A stretch of DNA of 62,522 bases, filler included, from Thermodesulfobacteriota bacterium (GTDB lineage Bacteria; DASVDK01): assembly GCA_036381125.1 (NCBI GenBank). It is 6 parts of 6 records of this genome, joined end to end, with 100 filler letters (N's around TTAATTAATTAA, not from the genome) between each part and the next. Parts side by side here need not be neighbours in the genome. Positions count along the whole stretch, not along the records: positions 14,225 to 38,115 come from DASVDK010000278.1; positions 38,216 to 44,794 come from DASVDK010000279.1; 4 more parts are not named here. One strand, 5' to 3'. This document shows, one piece after another, positions 30,130 through 39,674 of this stretch. Numbering within the stretch: the first letter of the stretch is position 1; each line of letters starts with the position of its first letter. The position numbers and the translations under genes were made by a program. Below the pieces are notes generated by a model, which ran no database searches, was not told the origin of the DNA, and worked only from the letters and a program-made list of their open reading frames with translations.

Positions 30130-31233
30130 TCAGTGGATCCGGAGGATCTGATAGAAGGTGTTGCGCTGCGCGGGGCGGAACCCCTCGGCCCGCACGACGT
30201 CGAGCAGCTCCTCGATGGGCATCAGGTAGAAGGTCCCGGCGGCGCTGACGACGTTCTCCTCCATCATCGTCCCGCCCATGTCGTTCACGCCGAAATGGAG
30301 CGAGCGGCCGGCCGTGGCCTTGCCCTGCGTCACGTACGAGGCCTGGAGGTTCGCCACGTTGTCGAGGAAGAGCCGCGCGATGGCGACGGTCCGCAGGTAA
30401 TGGTCCGCGGGCAGCCGGCGCAGCTTGCTGCCGCGCGCCTTCATGAGCGGCGTCCCCTCGCCCTGGAAGTTCCAGGCGATGAAGGCGGTGAACCCGCCGG
30501 TCTCGTCCTGGAGGGCGCGCACCTTGCCGAGGTGCGCCATGACCTCCTCGGGGGTCTCGACCGTGCCGTACATCATCGTGGCGGTCGAGCGCAGGCCGAT
30601 CCGGTGCGCCTGCCGGTGCACCTCGAGCCACGGCTCGCTCTTGAGCTTGAGCCGGCTGATCGAGTCGCGCACCCGGTCGACCAGGATCTCCCCGCCCCCG
30701 CCCGGGATCGAGTCGAGGCCGGCCGCCTTGAGGCGGACCAGCGTCTCGTGGAGGGAGAGCTTCGAGGCCTTCGCGATCCAGTCGATCTCCGGCGGGCTGA
30801 AGGCGTGCAGGTGGATGTCGAAGCGCGCCTTGATGGCCCTGAGCATCTCCTCGTAGAACTCGATGGTCAGGTCCGGGTGGATGCCGCCCTGCATGAGCAC
30901 CTCGGTCCCGCCGACCGCCTTGAGCTCGGCGATCTTCTGGAAGAGCTGCTCGTGCGTGAGGACGTACCCCTCGGCGTGCCCCTTCGGCCTGTAGAAGCTG
31001 CAGAAGGAGCAGTAGGCGTTGCAGACGTTCGTGTAGTTGACGTTGCGGTCGATGACGTAGGTGACGAGCCCCTCGGGATGGAGGCGGGCCCGCACGGCGT
31101 CGGCCGCCCGGCCGAGCGCCTCGAGGTCGGCCTCGTGCCAGAGGCGCACGGCGTCGGCCTCGGAGAGGCGCTCGCCGGCGAGCGTCCGCTCGAGGATGCT
31201 GGCGACCGGTGCAGGCGTCGTCTCGACGGTCAC
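30130..31233 (-). CDS. mqnC: Cyclic dehypoxanthinyl futalosine synthase
   Basis: 'DRNVNYTNVCNAYCSFC', 'LMQGG.HP', 'PGGGGEIL', 'STATMMYG', 'MMEENVVSAAG'. Confidence 0.9.
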   Translation of the reverse strand: MTVETTPAPVASILERTLAGERLSEADAVRLWHEADLEALGRAADAVRARLHPEGLVTYVIDRNVNYTNVCNAYCSFCSFYRPKGHAEGYVLTHEQLFQKIAELKAVGGTEVLMQGGIHPDLTIEFYEEMLRAIKARFDIHLHAFSPPEIDWIAKASKLSLHETLVRLKAAGLDSIPGGGGEILVDRVRDSISRLKLKSEPWLEVHRQAHRIGLRSTATMMYGTVETPEEVMAHLGKVRALQDETGGFTAFIAWNFQGEGTPLMKARGSKLRRLPADHYLRTVAIARLFLDNVANLQASYVTQGKATAGRSLHFGVNDMGGTMMEENVVSAAGTFYLMPIEELLDVVRAEGFRPAQRNTFYQILRIH

Positions 31234-31252
31234 GGCCCGGCCCTTTCGTTCG

Positions 31253-32176
31253 TTAGAGGACGAGGTCGAGCAGCGTCGTCGCGAAGAAGGTCACGCTGAT
31301 CGTCCCGTTCACGTTGAAGAAGGCGATGTCGAGCTTCGACAGGTCGTTCGGCGCGAGCAGGCTGTGCTCGTAGGCCAGGAGCGCCGCGACGGCCGCGACC
31401 CCGGCGAGGTACCAGGCGCCCAGCGGGAAGACGACCGGGAGGCTCGCCAGGAGGAGGACCATCGCCGCGTGGAAGGCGCGGGCGATGCGGAGCGCGCCCG
31501 GCACGCCGAAACGCACCGGGATGGACCTGAGCCCCGCGCGGCGGTCGAAGTCGAGGTCCTGCAGGGCGTACAGCGTGTCGAAGCCGGCGAGCCAGCAGAC
31601 GACCGCCAGGCAGAGCGGCGCCACGGCCCAGTCGGCCGTGCCGCGCACGGCGATCCAGGCGCCGAGCGGCGCGCCCGAGAGGCAGACGCCGAGGACCACG
31701 TGCGAGAGGCTCGTGAAGCGCTTGGTATAGGCGTAGAGTGTGAAGCAGCCGAGCGCCACCGGCGCGAGCGCGAGGCAGAGGGGGCCGAGCCGCGCCGCGG
31801 CAACGAGCATGAGGAGCGTCGCCACGGCCACGAGCGCCGCGACCTGGCCGCGCGTGACGAGCCCCGCCGGCAGGGCGCGCGACGCGGTGCGAGGGTTGTC
31901 GGCGTCGATCCGGTGGTCGATGAGCCGGTTGAGCCCCATGGCCGCCGTCCGGGCGCCGACCATGGCCGCGAGGATCCAGCCGAGGGTGCCCGCGTCCGGC
32001 AGCGCCGCCAGCCCGCCCGGCGCCTCGGGGTAGTTGACCGCGAGGAGCGCACCCACGCCTGCGAAGGGCAGGGCGAAGACCGTGTGGGAGAACTTGATCA
32101 TCTCCAGCAGCACGGCCGTGCGGCGGGCCAGCGCCCGGCCGAGGCCGGGCACGCGAGCGCGGGCGTCGGTCACCAC
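31253..32176 (-). CDS. UbiA-family prenyltransferase (futalosine pathway, MqnP-like)
   Basis: 'IKFSHTVFALPFA', 'NRLIDHRIDADNPRT', 'YTKR', 'DTLYALQD..FD'. Confidence 0.9.
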   Translation of the reverse strand: MVTDARARVPGLGRALARRTAVLLEMIKFSHTVFALPFAGVGALLAVNYPEAPGGLAALPDAGTLGWILAAMVGARTAAMGLNRLIDHRIDADNPRTASRALPAGLVTRGQVAALVAVATLLMLVAAARLGPLCLALAPVALGCFTLYAYTKRFTSLSHVVLGVCLSGAPLGAWIAVRGTADWAVAPLCLAVVCWLAGFDTLYALQDLDFDRRAGLRSIPVRFGVPGALRIARAFHAAMVLLLASLPVVFPLGAWYLAGVAAVAALLAYEHSLLAPNDLSKLDIAFFNVNGTISVTFFATTLLDLVL

Positions 32177-32217
32177 GGCCGCGCATGCTAGCAATTCTGC
32201 TGAGGAATTACCAGGCG

Positions 32218-32817
32218 CTAGGCGCCGCGCGAGGATCGACCGCGCGTCTCGCCGCGCGACCGGGCGACGATCGGCGGATAGCCGTCGCACGCGGACGAAC
32301 GATCCGCCGCGAAGCCGTCGACCGGCGGGTTCGCAGCGGGCCGCGTGTGCCCGTCGGTCCAGGCCTCCTCCTCCCGGCGGTCGCCGGCTCGCCGCTCGGA
32401 CCCGTGCCAGCACGCGTCCTGTTGCCGGCGCTCGTGGACGCGACGCTCGTGACCGCGGGCGACCAGGCGCTCGATCACGTCGAGGAGCTCGTCCACGTCG
32501 AACGGCTTCTCCAGGAACGCGCTGCCGCCGGCGGCCATCGCCTCGCGCCGCCGCGCGTTCGTGGCCGCCGTGAGGAACAGGACCGGGATCCGCGGATCCC
32601 GCCGGCGCAGGCGGCGGCACGCCTCGATCCCGTCCACCCCGGGCAGGTTCACGTCAAGAATCACCAGATCGGGCCTGGCGGACATGTGAGCCAGCGCCTG
32701 GTCGGCCGTCTCTGCGAGCACCGTCCGGTAGCCCGACATCGTGAGGATGGTGTCGAGGAGCTGGCAGATGTCGGCTTCGTCGTCCACGCAGAGAATCAAG
32801 GCGCCCGCGTTGGTCAT
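32218..32817 (-). CDS. CheY-like response regulator with Arg-rich C-terminal tail
   Basis: 'VDDE', 'DLVILDVNLPG.DG', 'FLTA', 'KPF'; tail 'ERRVHERR...WHGSERRAGDRR'. Confidence 0.85.
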   Translation of the reverse strand: MTNAGALILCVDDEADICQLLDTILTMSGYRTVLAETADQALAHMSARPDLVILDVNLPGVDGIEACRRLRRRDPRIPVLFLTAATNARRREAMAAGGSAFLEKPFDVDELLDVIERLVARGHERRVHERRQQDACWHGSERRAGDRREEEAWTDGHTRPAANPPVDGFAADRSSACDGYPPIVARSRGETRGRSSRGA

Positions 32818-32856
32818 GTCCGATCGACCCTTGATGAGAAGGATCGCCCGACTTCA

Positions 32857-32873
32857 AGCACGGCTCGTGCCGA
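32857..32873 (-). promoter_or_regulatory. Putative sigma54 (-24/-12) promoter
   Basis: Minus strand TCGGCACGAGCCGTGCT has GG-N10-GC about 40 nt upstream of the regulator ATG. Confidence 0.65.
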
Positions 32874-33344
32874 ACCGATAGCAAGGCAGGGCCGCACATG
32901 GACCGGCCGGTTCATCCGGTCGCCGGTCGCAGCGCCGGGACGCGGCCCTCGATCGCGCTCGAGCGCGCCCGCGGCAAGGCGCGATGCGTCGTGACCAGGC
33001 GCTCGATCGGCCGGCAAGCGCGGGAGGTCGAGAGGCTCCGGGCCCATGCGGCGGCGCCGAGTCGCGCACCGCCGAGAGGCCGGTCGACGAGGGGGCGCGC
33101 CGCGGGTACGGCGGCAGCCGCGAGGGAGCACGCACCGGGGCGCGCCGTCCGCCGGCGCGATCACCAGCGGAGGGGTCCCCGTGCGTCCCCTCGGGCGGGA
33201 ACGGGCAAGGTCCTCACGCGACTCGTCCGGTAGCGGAAAGCATGCCCAGGCCCCGAGAGGATTTCCTCGGGTGTTACACTCCGGGTCCCGGCGGCTCTCC
33301 GCCGGCCCCCATGCGGCGGCGCGCGCCGCCGGAGGAACGCTCTC

Positions 33345-34259
33345 ATGACCTGGCTCGTCGAACGCGACCGCGACCCGCTGCCCGCCGGGGTGCGGCTCGC
33401 CGATCTCGTCGCCCGGCCTCGCATCCTGCGCGTCCCGGGCGCCCACAACCCGCTTGCCGCCCTGCTCGCCCGAAAGGCGGGCTTCGAGGCGATCTACCTG
33501 TCCGGCGCGGCGCTCACCGCCAGCCTGGCCATGCCGGACCTCGGCGTGCTCACGCTCTCCGAGCTGGTGTTCTTCAGCCGGGCCATCGTCCGCGCGAGCG
33601 GGCTGCCGCTGATCGTGGACGGGGACACCGGCTTCGGCGAGGCGCTCAACGTGGCGCGTACGGTGGCCGAGCTGGAGGAGGCCGGCGCCGCGGCGGTCCA
33701 GCTCGAGGACCAGGTCCTGCCGAAGAAGTGCGGGCATCTGTCCGACAAGCGGCTCGCGCCGCCCGAGGAGGCGGCCCGCAAGATCGCGGCCGCGGTGCGC
33801 GCCGCCCGGCACCTGCGCATCGTGGCCCGCACGGACGCCGCCGCGTCGGAGGGCCTGGCCGCCGCGATCGATCGCGCCAAGCGCTACCTCGACGCCGGGG
33901 CGCACGTGATCTTCCCCGAGGCCCTCACGACCGCCGACGACTTCCGCCGGTTCGCCGACGCCGTGAAGGCGCCCCTCCTCGCCAACATGACGGAGTTCGG
34001 CAGGACGCCGCTCTTCACGGCGGAGGAGTTCGAGGCGTTCGGCTTCAGGCTCGTGATCTGGCCGGTGTCGTCCCTGCGGGCATCGGCCTTTGCCGTGGAG
34101 CGGCTCTACCAGGAGCTGGCCGCCACGGGGACGCAGAAGGGATACCTGGATCGTATGCAGGCGCGCAAGGACCTCTACGCCACGATCCGCTACCAGGACT
34201 ACGAGGCGCTGGACGACGCCATCGCGAAGAGCATCGTGCCCGACGGGAGCCACTCGTGA
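33345..34259 (+). CDS. prpB: Methylisocitrate lyase
   Basis: 'YLSGA', 'DGDTGFG', '[11 protein letters not shown]', 'ARTDA', 'LLANMTEFG'. Confidence 0.92.
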   Translation: MTWLVERDRDPLPAGVRLADLVARPRILRVPGAHNPLAALLARKAGFEAIYLSGAALTASLAMPDLGVLTLSELVFFSRAIVRASGLPLIVDGDTGFGEALNVARTVAELEEAGAAAVQLEDQVLPKKCGHLSDKRLAPPEEAARKIAAAVRAARHLRIVARTDAAASEGLAAAIDRAKRYLDAGAHVIFPEALTTADDFRRFADAVKAPLLANMTEFGRTPLFTAEEFEAFGFRLVIWPVSSLRASAFAVERLYQELAATGTQKGYLDRMQARKDLYATIRYQDYEALDDAIAKSIVPDGSHS

Positions 34260-35761
34260 AGCGCCGCGTCGTACGGACCCACCCGTCGGCGGCGCGGCTG
34301 CCGCGGGAGGAGGAGCTGGCCTGGCGCTTCGCCGCCTTCGCGGCCAGCGTGCCGCCGGTCGACGCGGACGTCGCCGAGATGGTCGGCTGCCGCGTGATCG
34401 ACAACGCGGCCGTCGCCCTCGCGGCCATCAACCGCCACCCGGTCGCCTCGGCCCGCGCCATGGCGCTCGCGCACCCGCGGCCCGGCGGCGCCACCCTCTT
34501 CGGGCTGCCGCCGGCGGTCACGGTGCACGCCGAGTGGGCGGCCTGGGCCAACGGCACGGCCGTGCGAGAGCTGGACTTCCACGACACCTTCCTCGCCGCC
34601 GAGTACGCCCACCCGGCCGACTCGATCCCGCCGCTTCTCGCCGTGGCGCAGCAGAAGGGGATCGGGGGCGATCGGCTGGTGCGGGCCATCGCCGTGGCCT
34701 ACGAGGTCCACGTGAGCCTCGCGAAGGCGATCTCCCTGCACGAGTTCAAGAAGGACCACGTCGGCCACCTCTGCCCCGCGCAGGCCGCCGGGCTCGGCGC
34801 GCTCCTCGGGCTGCCGGTCGAGACGATCTACCACGCCGTCAACCAGGCGGTGCACCTGTCGTTCTCCACGCGGCAGTCGCGCAAGGGGCAGATCACCTCG
34901 TGGAAGGCCTACGCGCCCGCCTTCGCCGGCAAGACCGCCATCGAGGCGGTCGACCGCGCCATGCGCGGCGAGGGGGCGCCGAACCCCATCTGGGAGGGGG
35001 AGGACGGCGTCATCGCCTGGATGCTCGGCGGCCGCGACCGGGAGTACGAGGTGCCGGTGCCGGAACCGGGCGAGCGCCCGCGCGCCATCCTCGAGACGTA
35101 CACGAAGGCGCACTCGGCCGAGTACCAGGCCCAGGCGCTCATCGACCTGGCCTTCGACCTGCGCACGCGGATCGACCTCGCGCGCGTGCGGGAGATCGTC
35201 GTCTCGACGAGCCACCATACCCACTACGTCATCGGCTCGGGCGCGGGCGACCCGCAGAAGTACGATCCCGACGCGTCGCGCGAGACGCTCGACCACTCGA
35301 TCATGTACATCCTCGCCGTCGCGCTCGAGGACGGGCGCTGGCATCACGTGGACAGCTACACGCCGGAGCGCGCGCACCGCCCCTCCACCGTGGCCCTCTG
35401 GCGGAAGATCCGCACGGTCGAGGACCCGGCGTGGACCGCCCGCTACCACGACCCCGACCCGACCAGGAAGGCCTTCGGCGGGCGCGTCGAGGTCACGCTC
35501 GACGACGGCTCGGTGATCGCGGCCGAGAAGGCGGTGGCCGACGCGCACCCCAACGGCGCCGCGCCCTGGCGGACCGCCGACTACGTCGGCAAGTTCCGCG
35601 GGCTCACGCAGGGCCTCGTGCTCCCGGGCGAGGCGGAGCGCTTCCTCGAGCTGGCCTCGCGCCTGTCGTCGCTCTCTCCGGCCGAGGTGCGGCGCCTCAA
35701 CCCGCCCCTGCCGCCCGGCGCGGTGAAGCCGTCCGAGGCGGACGACGAGGGGATCTTCTGA
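34256..35761 (+). CDS. prpD: 2-methylcitrate dehydratase (MmgE/PrpD)
   Basis: '[17 protein letters not shown]', 'RQSRKG.I.SWK', 'TKAHSAEYQ', 'RETLDHS'; GTGA overlap with prpB. Confidence 0.9.
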   Translation: MKRRVVRTHPSAARLPREEELAWRFAAFAASVPPVDADVAEMVGCRVIDNAAVALAAINRHPVASARAMALAHPRPGGATLFGLPPAVTVHAEWAAWANGTAVRELDFHDTFLAAEYAHPADSIPPLLAVAQQKGIGGDRLVRAIAVAYEVHVSLAKAISLHEFKKDHVGHLCPAQAAGLGALLGLPVETIYHAVNQAVHLSFSTRQSRKGQITSWKAYAPAFAGKTAIEAVDRAMRGEGAPNPIWEGEDGVIAWMLGGRDREYEVPVPEPGERPRAILETYTKAHSAEYQAQALIDLAFDLRTRIDLARVREIVVSTSHHTHYVIGSGAGDPQKYDPDASRETLDHSIMYILAVALEDGRWHHVDSYTPERAHRPSTVALWRKIRTVEDPAWTARYHDPDPTRKAFGGRVEVTLDDGSVIAAEKAVADAHPNGAAPWRTADYVGKFRGLTQGLVLPGEAERFLELASRLSSLSPAEVRRLNPPLPPGAVKPSEADDEGIF

Positions 35762-35805
35762 CGGTCGCCCGGGGCGGGGGCGCGTTTCGGCCGTCGGTCC
35801 CGGCC

Positions 35806-36417
35806 TCACCGGCGCTCGATCCTCTCGAACGCGCTGTCGACGACGGTGTCGACGAAGGCGTCGTCGACCGGGCGGCCCGTGACGAGGATCCGGTAGTAGA
35901 TCGGGCCGTAGATCATGTCGATCAGCGCGTCGATGTCCTTCACGGGGCGTAGCTCGCCCCGGCGAACGCCCTCGGTGACCATGGCGCGCAGGCGCGCGCG
36001 CCGCGGGATCGCGTACCGCTCGGCGAACTCGCGGGCGAGCTGCGGGTCACCCTGCTTGGCCGCGATCAGGGCGATGACCGGGGCCCCCTCCGCCGTGGTC
36101 AGGTAGCGTGCCGTGTCGGCGAGCTGGCGCCTGAACTTCTCGCGGAGCGTCGGCGCGTCCCGATAGTCCGCGAGCGGGCGCATGCGGCCGACGACGCTCT
36201 CGAGCAGCACCGCGGCCTTGTTCGGCCACCAGCGGTAGACCGTGGCCTTGCTGACGCCGGCCGCGGCCGCGATCGCGTCCACCGAAACGGCACCGAACCC
36301 GCCTTCCCGGAAGAGCCGCTCGGCCGCCGACAGGATCGCCCGCCGCGCGGCCTCACTCCTCGGGCGGCCGCGCCGCGCCCGGGTGTCCAGTCCGCGTCCT
36401 GGTGTCGGTGTCGTCAT
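35806..36417 (-). CDS. TetR/AcrR family transcriptional regulator
   Basis: 'GRPRSE', 'IAAAAGVSKATVYRWWPNK', 'GPIYYRIL'. Confidence 0.93.
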   Translation of the reverse strand: MTTPTPGRGLDTRARRGRPRSEAARRAILSAAERLFREGGFGAVSVDAIAAAAGVSKATVYRWWPNKAAVLLESVVGRMRPLADYRDAPTLREKFRRQLADTARYLTTAEGAPVIALIAAKQGDPQLAREFAERYAIPRRARLRAMVTEGVRRGELRPVKDIDALIDMIYGPIYYRILVTGRPVDDAFVDTVVDSAFERIERR

Positions 36418-36426
36418 CGTGCCCCC

Positions 36427-36474
36427 TTGACGTGCCTGCCCGCCACTCTTACGATACTAGACGAGTCGTTTCGT
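36427..36474 (+). promoter_or_regulatory. Sigma70 promoter with overlapping TetR-type operator
   Basis: TTGACG(36427)-N17-TACGAT(36450); imperfect palindrome ACTAGACG-AGT-CGTTTCGT at 36456-36474. Confidence 0.7.
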
Positions 36475-36510
36475 TATTTCGCGAACCCCGTTTCCTCTGC
36501 ACGAGGCGCC

Positions 36511-37347
36511 ATGCGGCTCTGGTACCAGTCGCTCACCCGGCAAGATGCCTGGCCGGCGTACAACGCCACCCTCCGCCGCGTCCTGGCGGGCGTCGCGGAC
36601 CCGGGCACATCGATCGAGGTCCACGGCATCAGGAAGGTCGGGGGCATCGGGGACCAGTACCGATACCTCGAGTTCCTCGAGACCGCCGAGGTCCTGGAGA
36701 ACGTCCAGCGGGCCGATCGCGAAGGCTTCGACGCGTTCCTGATCGGCAACATCGGGGATCCGGGTCTCAGGGAAGCCCGCGAGCTGGCGAGGATCCCCGT
36801 GCTCGGCCTGTGCGAGACCTCGCTCCACATCGCCTGCATGATGGGGGCAAGCTTCGCGCTTGTCACGGCGAACGAGAAGTTCACGCCCCGGATCGTCGAG
36901 AACGTCCGACGCTACGGGCTCGAGAGCCGGCTGGCCGGCGTGCAGCGGATGACCGTCGAGCGCCTCGTCGACCTCGACGCCGGCTTCGTGGACCCGGCCG
37001 CACGCGAGCGGCTCACGAGCGAGTTCCGCAGCGCGGCGGCCCGCGCCGCGGCGGCCGGCGCGGAGGTGGTCATCCCGTGCGTCGGCGTCCTCATGGCGCT
37101 CCTTGCCGACGCCGGGATCCACACGGCGGGGCAGGGCGCGCCGGTGCTGAACGGCATCGTGGCGCTCGTCAAGACGGGCGAGGCGGTGGCGCGGATGCAC
37201 GGCCTCATGGGAGGCCGCTTCACGAGCCGGCGCGCCGCGTACGCCCAGCCGCCGAGCGAGCAGATCGACGAGCTGCGCCGCTTCTACGGCCAGGTGTATT
37301 CGCACATCCCATCGCCGTCCGGAACCCCGGAGGGGGGCCGCCCGTGA
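36511..37347 (+). CDS. Asp/Glu/hydantoin racemase family protein
   Basis: 'EGFDAFLIG...DPGLREARE...IPVLGLCE', 'GAEVVIPC', 'PVLNG'. Confidence 0.85.
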   Translation: MRLWYQSLTRQDAWPAYNATLRRVLAGVADPGTSIEVHGIRKVGGIGDQYRYLEFLETAEVLENVQRADREGFDAFLIGNIGDPGLREARELARIPVLGLCETSLHIACMMGASFALVTANEKFTPRIVENVRRYGLESRLAGVQRMTVERLVDLDAGFVDPAARERLTSEFRSAAARAAAAGAEVVIPCVGVLMALLADAGIHTAGQGAPVLNGIVALVKTGEAVARMHGLMGGRFTSRRAAYAQPPSEQIDELRRFYGQVYSHIPSPSGTPEGGRP

Positions 37348-38108
37348 CGCTCGCCGGGCGGACGGCCATCGTCACGGGAGCGGCCGGCGGCATCGGCAGC
37401 GCGATCGCGCGCGCGTTCGCCCGCGAAGGGGCCGACCTCTGCCTGGCCGACGTGAAGCCGGTGACGGAGGTGGCGGCGGAGGCGCGGGCGCAGGGCCGGC
37501 GGGTCGTCACCGTGCAGGCCGACGTGAGCCGGCGCGCACAGGTCCACGCCATGGTCGCGGAGGCGCTCGGCGCCTTCGGCCGGATCGACATCCTCGTCAA
37601 CGTCGCGGGCGTCACGTCCTTCGGCCCGGCCGAGCACCTTCCGGAGCACGAGTGGGACCGCGTGCTCGCCGCGAACCTCAAGAGCGCCTTCCTCTGCTGC
37701 CAGGCCGTCATCGGCACGATGCGCGCCCGGCGGTACGGCCGCATCGTGAACATCGGCTCGGTCCTCGGCAAGAACGGCGGCAACCCGAGGCCCTGGCTCG
37801 ACCGCAGCGAGCAGGCGCGAGCCGGCAACGTCGCCTATGGCGTCTCCAAGGCCGGCGTCCATGCCCTGACGCTCTACCTCGCCAAGGAGCTCGCCGCCGA
37901 CGGCATCACCGTGAACGCCGTCGCGCCGGGGCCCATCGCCTCGGCGATGACGTCGGACCTGCCCGACAGCCTCCGGGCGCTGATCCCGGTAGGGCGTCTG
38001 GGCCGTGCCGACGAGGTGGCCGAGGCGGTGACCTTCCTCGCCGCGGAGACCTCCGGATTCATCACCGGCGAGATCCTCGACGTCAACGGGGGGCTGTGGG
38101 GCGACTAG
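37344..38108 (+). CDS. SDR family oxidoreductase (FabG-like)
   Basis: 'TGAAGGIG', 'NVAG', 'YGVSK', 'VNAVAPG', 'DVNGG'. Confidence 0.93.
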   Translation: MTLAGRTAIVTGAAGGIGSAIARAFAREGADLCLADVKPVTEVAAEARAQGRRVVTVQADVSRRAQVHAMVAEALGAFGRIDILVNVAGVTSFGPAEHLPEHEWDRVLAANLKSAFLCCQAVIGTMRARRYGRIVNIGSVLGKNGGNPRPWLDRSEQARAGNVAYGVSKAGVHALTLYLAKELAADGITVNAVAPGPIASAMTSDLPDSLRALIPVGRLGRADEVAEAVTFLAAETSGFITGEILDVNGGLWGD

Positions 38109-38115
38109 ACACGGG

Positions 38116-38215
38116 NNNNNNNNNNNNNNNNNNNNNNNNNNNNNNNNNNNNNNNNNNNNTTAATTAATTAANNNNNNNNNNNNNNNNNNNNNNNNNNNNN
38201 NNNNNNNNNNNNNNN
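38116..38215. other. Artificial contig linker
   Basis: N run with TTAATTAATTAA. Confidence 0.99.
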
Positions 38216-38217
38216 CC

Positions 38218-39180
38218 TGGAAGGCCGTCTGCCGGGTGACGATGCTCGGGCTCGCCGCCGCGGCGGTCGCGGCGGCCCCGCTCGCCGCCGACGCCGCGGA
38301 GTCGTTCCCGAGCAAGCCGATCGTGATCTACGTCGGCTCGGCGGCGGGATCGCCCGTCGACCTGTACGCCAGGAAGATCGCCAAGCTGGCCGAGCCGTAC
38401 CTCAAGGTCCCGGTCCAGGTCCAGAACCGGGAGGGGGGCAGCTCCACGATCGCGATGTCGGCCATGCTCGCCCAGCCGGCCGACGGCTACACGCTCTACG
38501 GCGCGACCCGATCGATCACGACGGTGCTCGTCGAGCGCGACACGGGGTTCACGGTCGAGGACTTCGCCTACATCGTCCGCAGCCAGGTCGACCCGTTCGT
38601 CTTCGCCGTGCCGGGGTCGAGCCCGTTCAAGACGCTCGAGGAGTTCGTGGCGGCGGCGAAGCGGCAGCCGGGCAAGTTCAAGGTCGCCGGCTTCGGCAGC
38701 GGGACGCCGCACCACATCGCGATGCAGCGCTTCGCGCAGGTCGCCGGCTTCACGTACGGCTGGATCCCCTACGACGGCGGCAGCGCCGCCACCGCCGCGG
38801 CGATGGGGGGACACGTCGACGCCGTCATGACCAACCCGGGGCAGCTCCGGGGCAAGGGGAACCGAATCCGCGGGCTCGCCGTCACCAACCCGGAACGCAT
38901 CCCGAGCTTCCCCGACATCCCCACGATGCGCGAGCTCGGCTACCCGGTGACCGATCTCCACTGGCGCGGCCTGGTGACGAAGAAGGGGGTTCCGGCCGAC
39001 AGGCTCGAGATCCTCCACCAGGCCTTCAAGAAGGCGATGGAGACGAAGGAATGGGAAGACTTCACCGAGCAGCAGGGGCAGCTCAGCGGCTACCTCGATC
39101 CGAAGGCGTTCATGCAGGCGGCGATCGAGGACACGATCGACGCCAGGGCGATGCTGCAGCGGTTCGGGCTGATCAAGTAG
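38218..39180 (+). CDS. Tripartite tricarboxylate transporter substrate-binding protein (TctC/Bug); probably 5'-truncated
   Basis: Signal peptide, 'FPSKPI', 'AGS..D..AR', 'ADGYTL', 'PY.GG', 'PDIPT..ELG'. Confidence 0.9.
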   Translation, partial: WKAVCRVTMLGLAAAAVAAAPLAADAAESFPSKPIVIYVGSAAGSPVDLYARKIAKLAEPYLKVPVQVQNREGGSSTIAMSAMLAQPADGYTLYGATRSITTVLVERDTGFTVEDFAYIVRSQVDPFVFAVPGSSPFKTLEEFVAAAKRQPGKFKVAGFGSGTPHHIAMQRFAQVAGFTYGWIPYDGGSAATAAAMGGHVDAVMTNPGQLRGKGNRIRGLAVTNPERIPSFPDIPTMRELGYPVTDLHWRGLVTKKGVPADRLEILHQAFKKAMETKEWEDFTEQQGQLSGYLDPKAFMQAAIEDTIDARAMLQRFGLIK

Positions 39181-39182
39181 CC

Positions 39183-39665
39183 GTAGCGTCGGCGACGCCG
39201 CCCCGGCGGGACCTCATCACCGCCGGGGCGGCAGCCCTCTTCGCCGCCGTCTACCTCTACCTCGGGTGGGGGCTCGAGGCGGGGGCGGATCAGGGCGTTC
39301 CAGGGCCGGGCGCCTTCCCGCGCATGCTCGGCGTGGCGATGCTGCTCGCTGCCGCGTACCTCGGGTCGCGCAGCCTGCTGCTCGAGTGGCAGCGCGGGGC
39401 GCGGCCGGGGGCCGGCGCGGTCTGGCGGCCGGCGCGCAGCCGTCGCGTCCTGGTGCTCTACGGCCTGTTCGTGGTCTACGTGCTGGCGATGCCGATCGTC
39501 GGCTTCCCGGTCGCCACGTTCGCCTTCGCGGCGGCCGGCATGCGGGCCACCTTCGGCATGCCGATCTGGCGGAGCGCCTTCTACGGGGCGCTTCTCGCGC
39601 TGCTCGTTCAGGGGCTCTTCGGCGTCGGGCTCGGCGTGCCCTTGCCGGCCGGGCGGCTCTGGTAG
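39183..39665 (+). CDS. TctB small membrane subunit (start uncertain)
   Basis: 'GPGAFP', four TM segments, 'F...LGVPLP.G'; no canonical start codon near the expected position. Confidence 0.8.
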   Translation, partial: VASATPPRRDLITAGAAALFAAVYLYLGWGLEAGADQGVPGPGAFPRMLGVAMLLAAAYLGSRSLLLEWQRGARPGAGAVWRPARSRRVLVLYGLFVVYVLAMPIVGFPVATFAFAAAGMRATFGMPIWRSAFYGALLALLVQGLFGVGLGVPLPAGRLW

Positions 39666-39674
39666 GGACGGACC

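Noticed and set aside
32898-33348. Short ORFs between the response regulator and prpB
   Set aside because: No motifs or RBS; the region holds divergent promoters (sigma54 on minus, TGTTACACT at 33272-33280 on plus)
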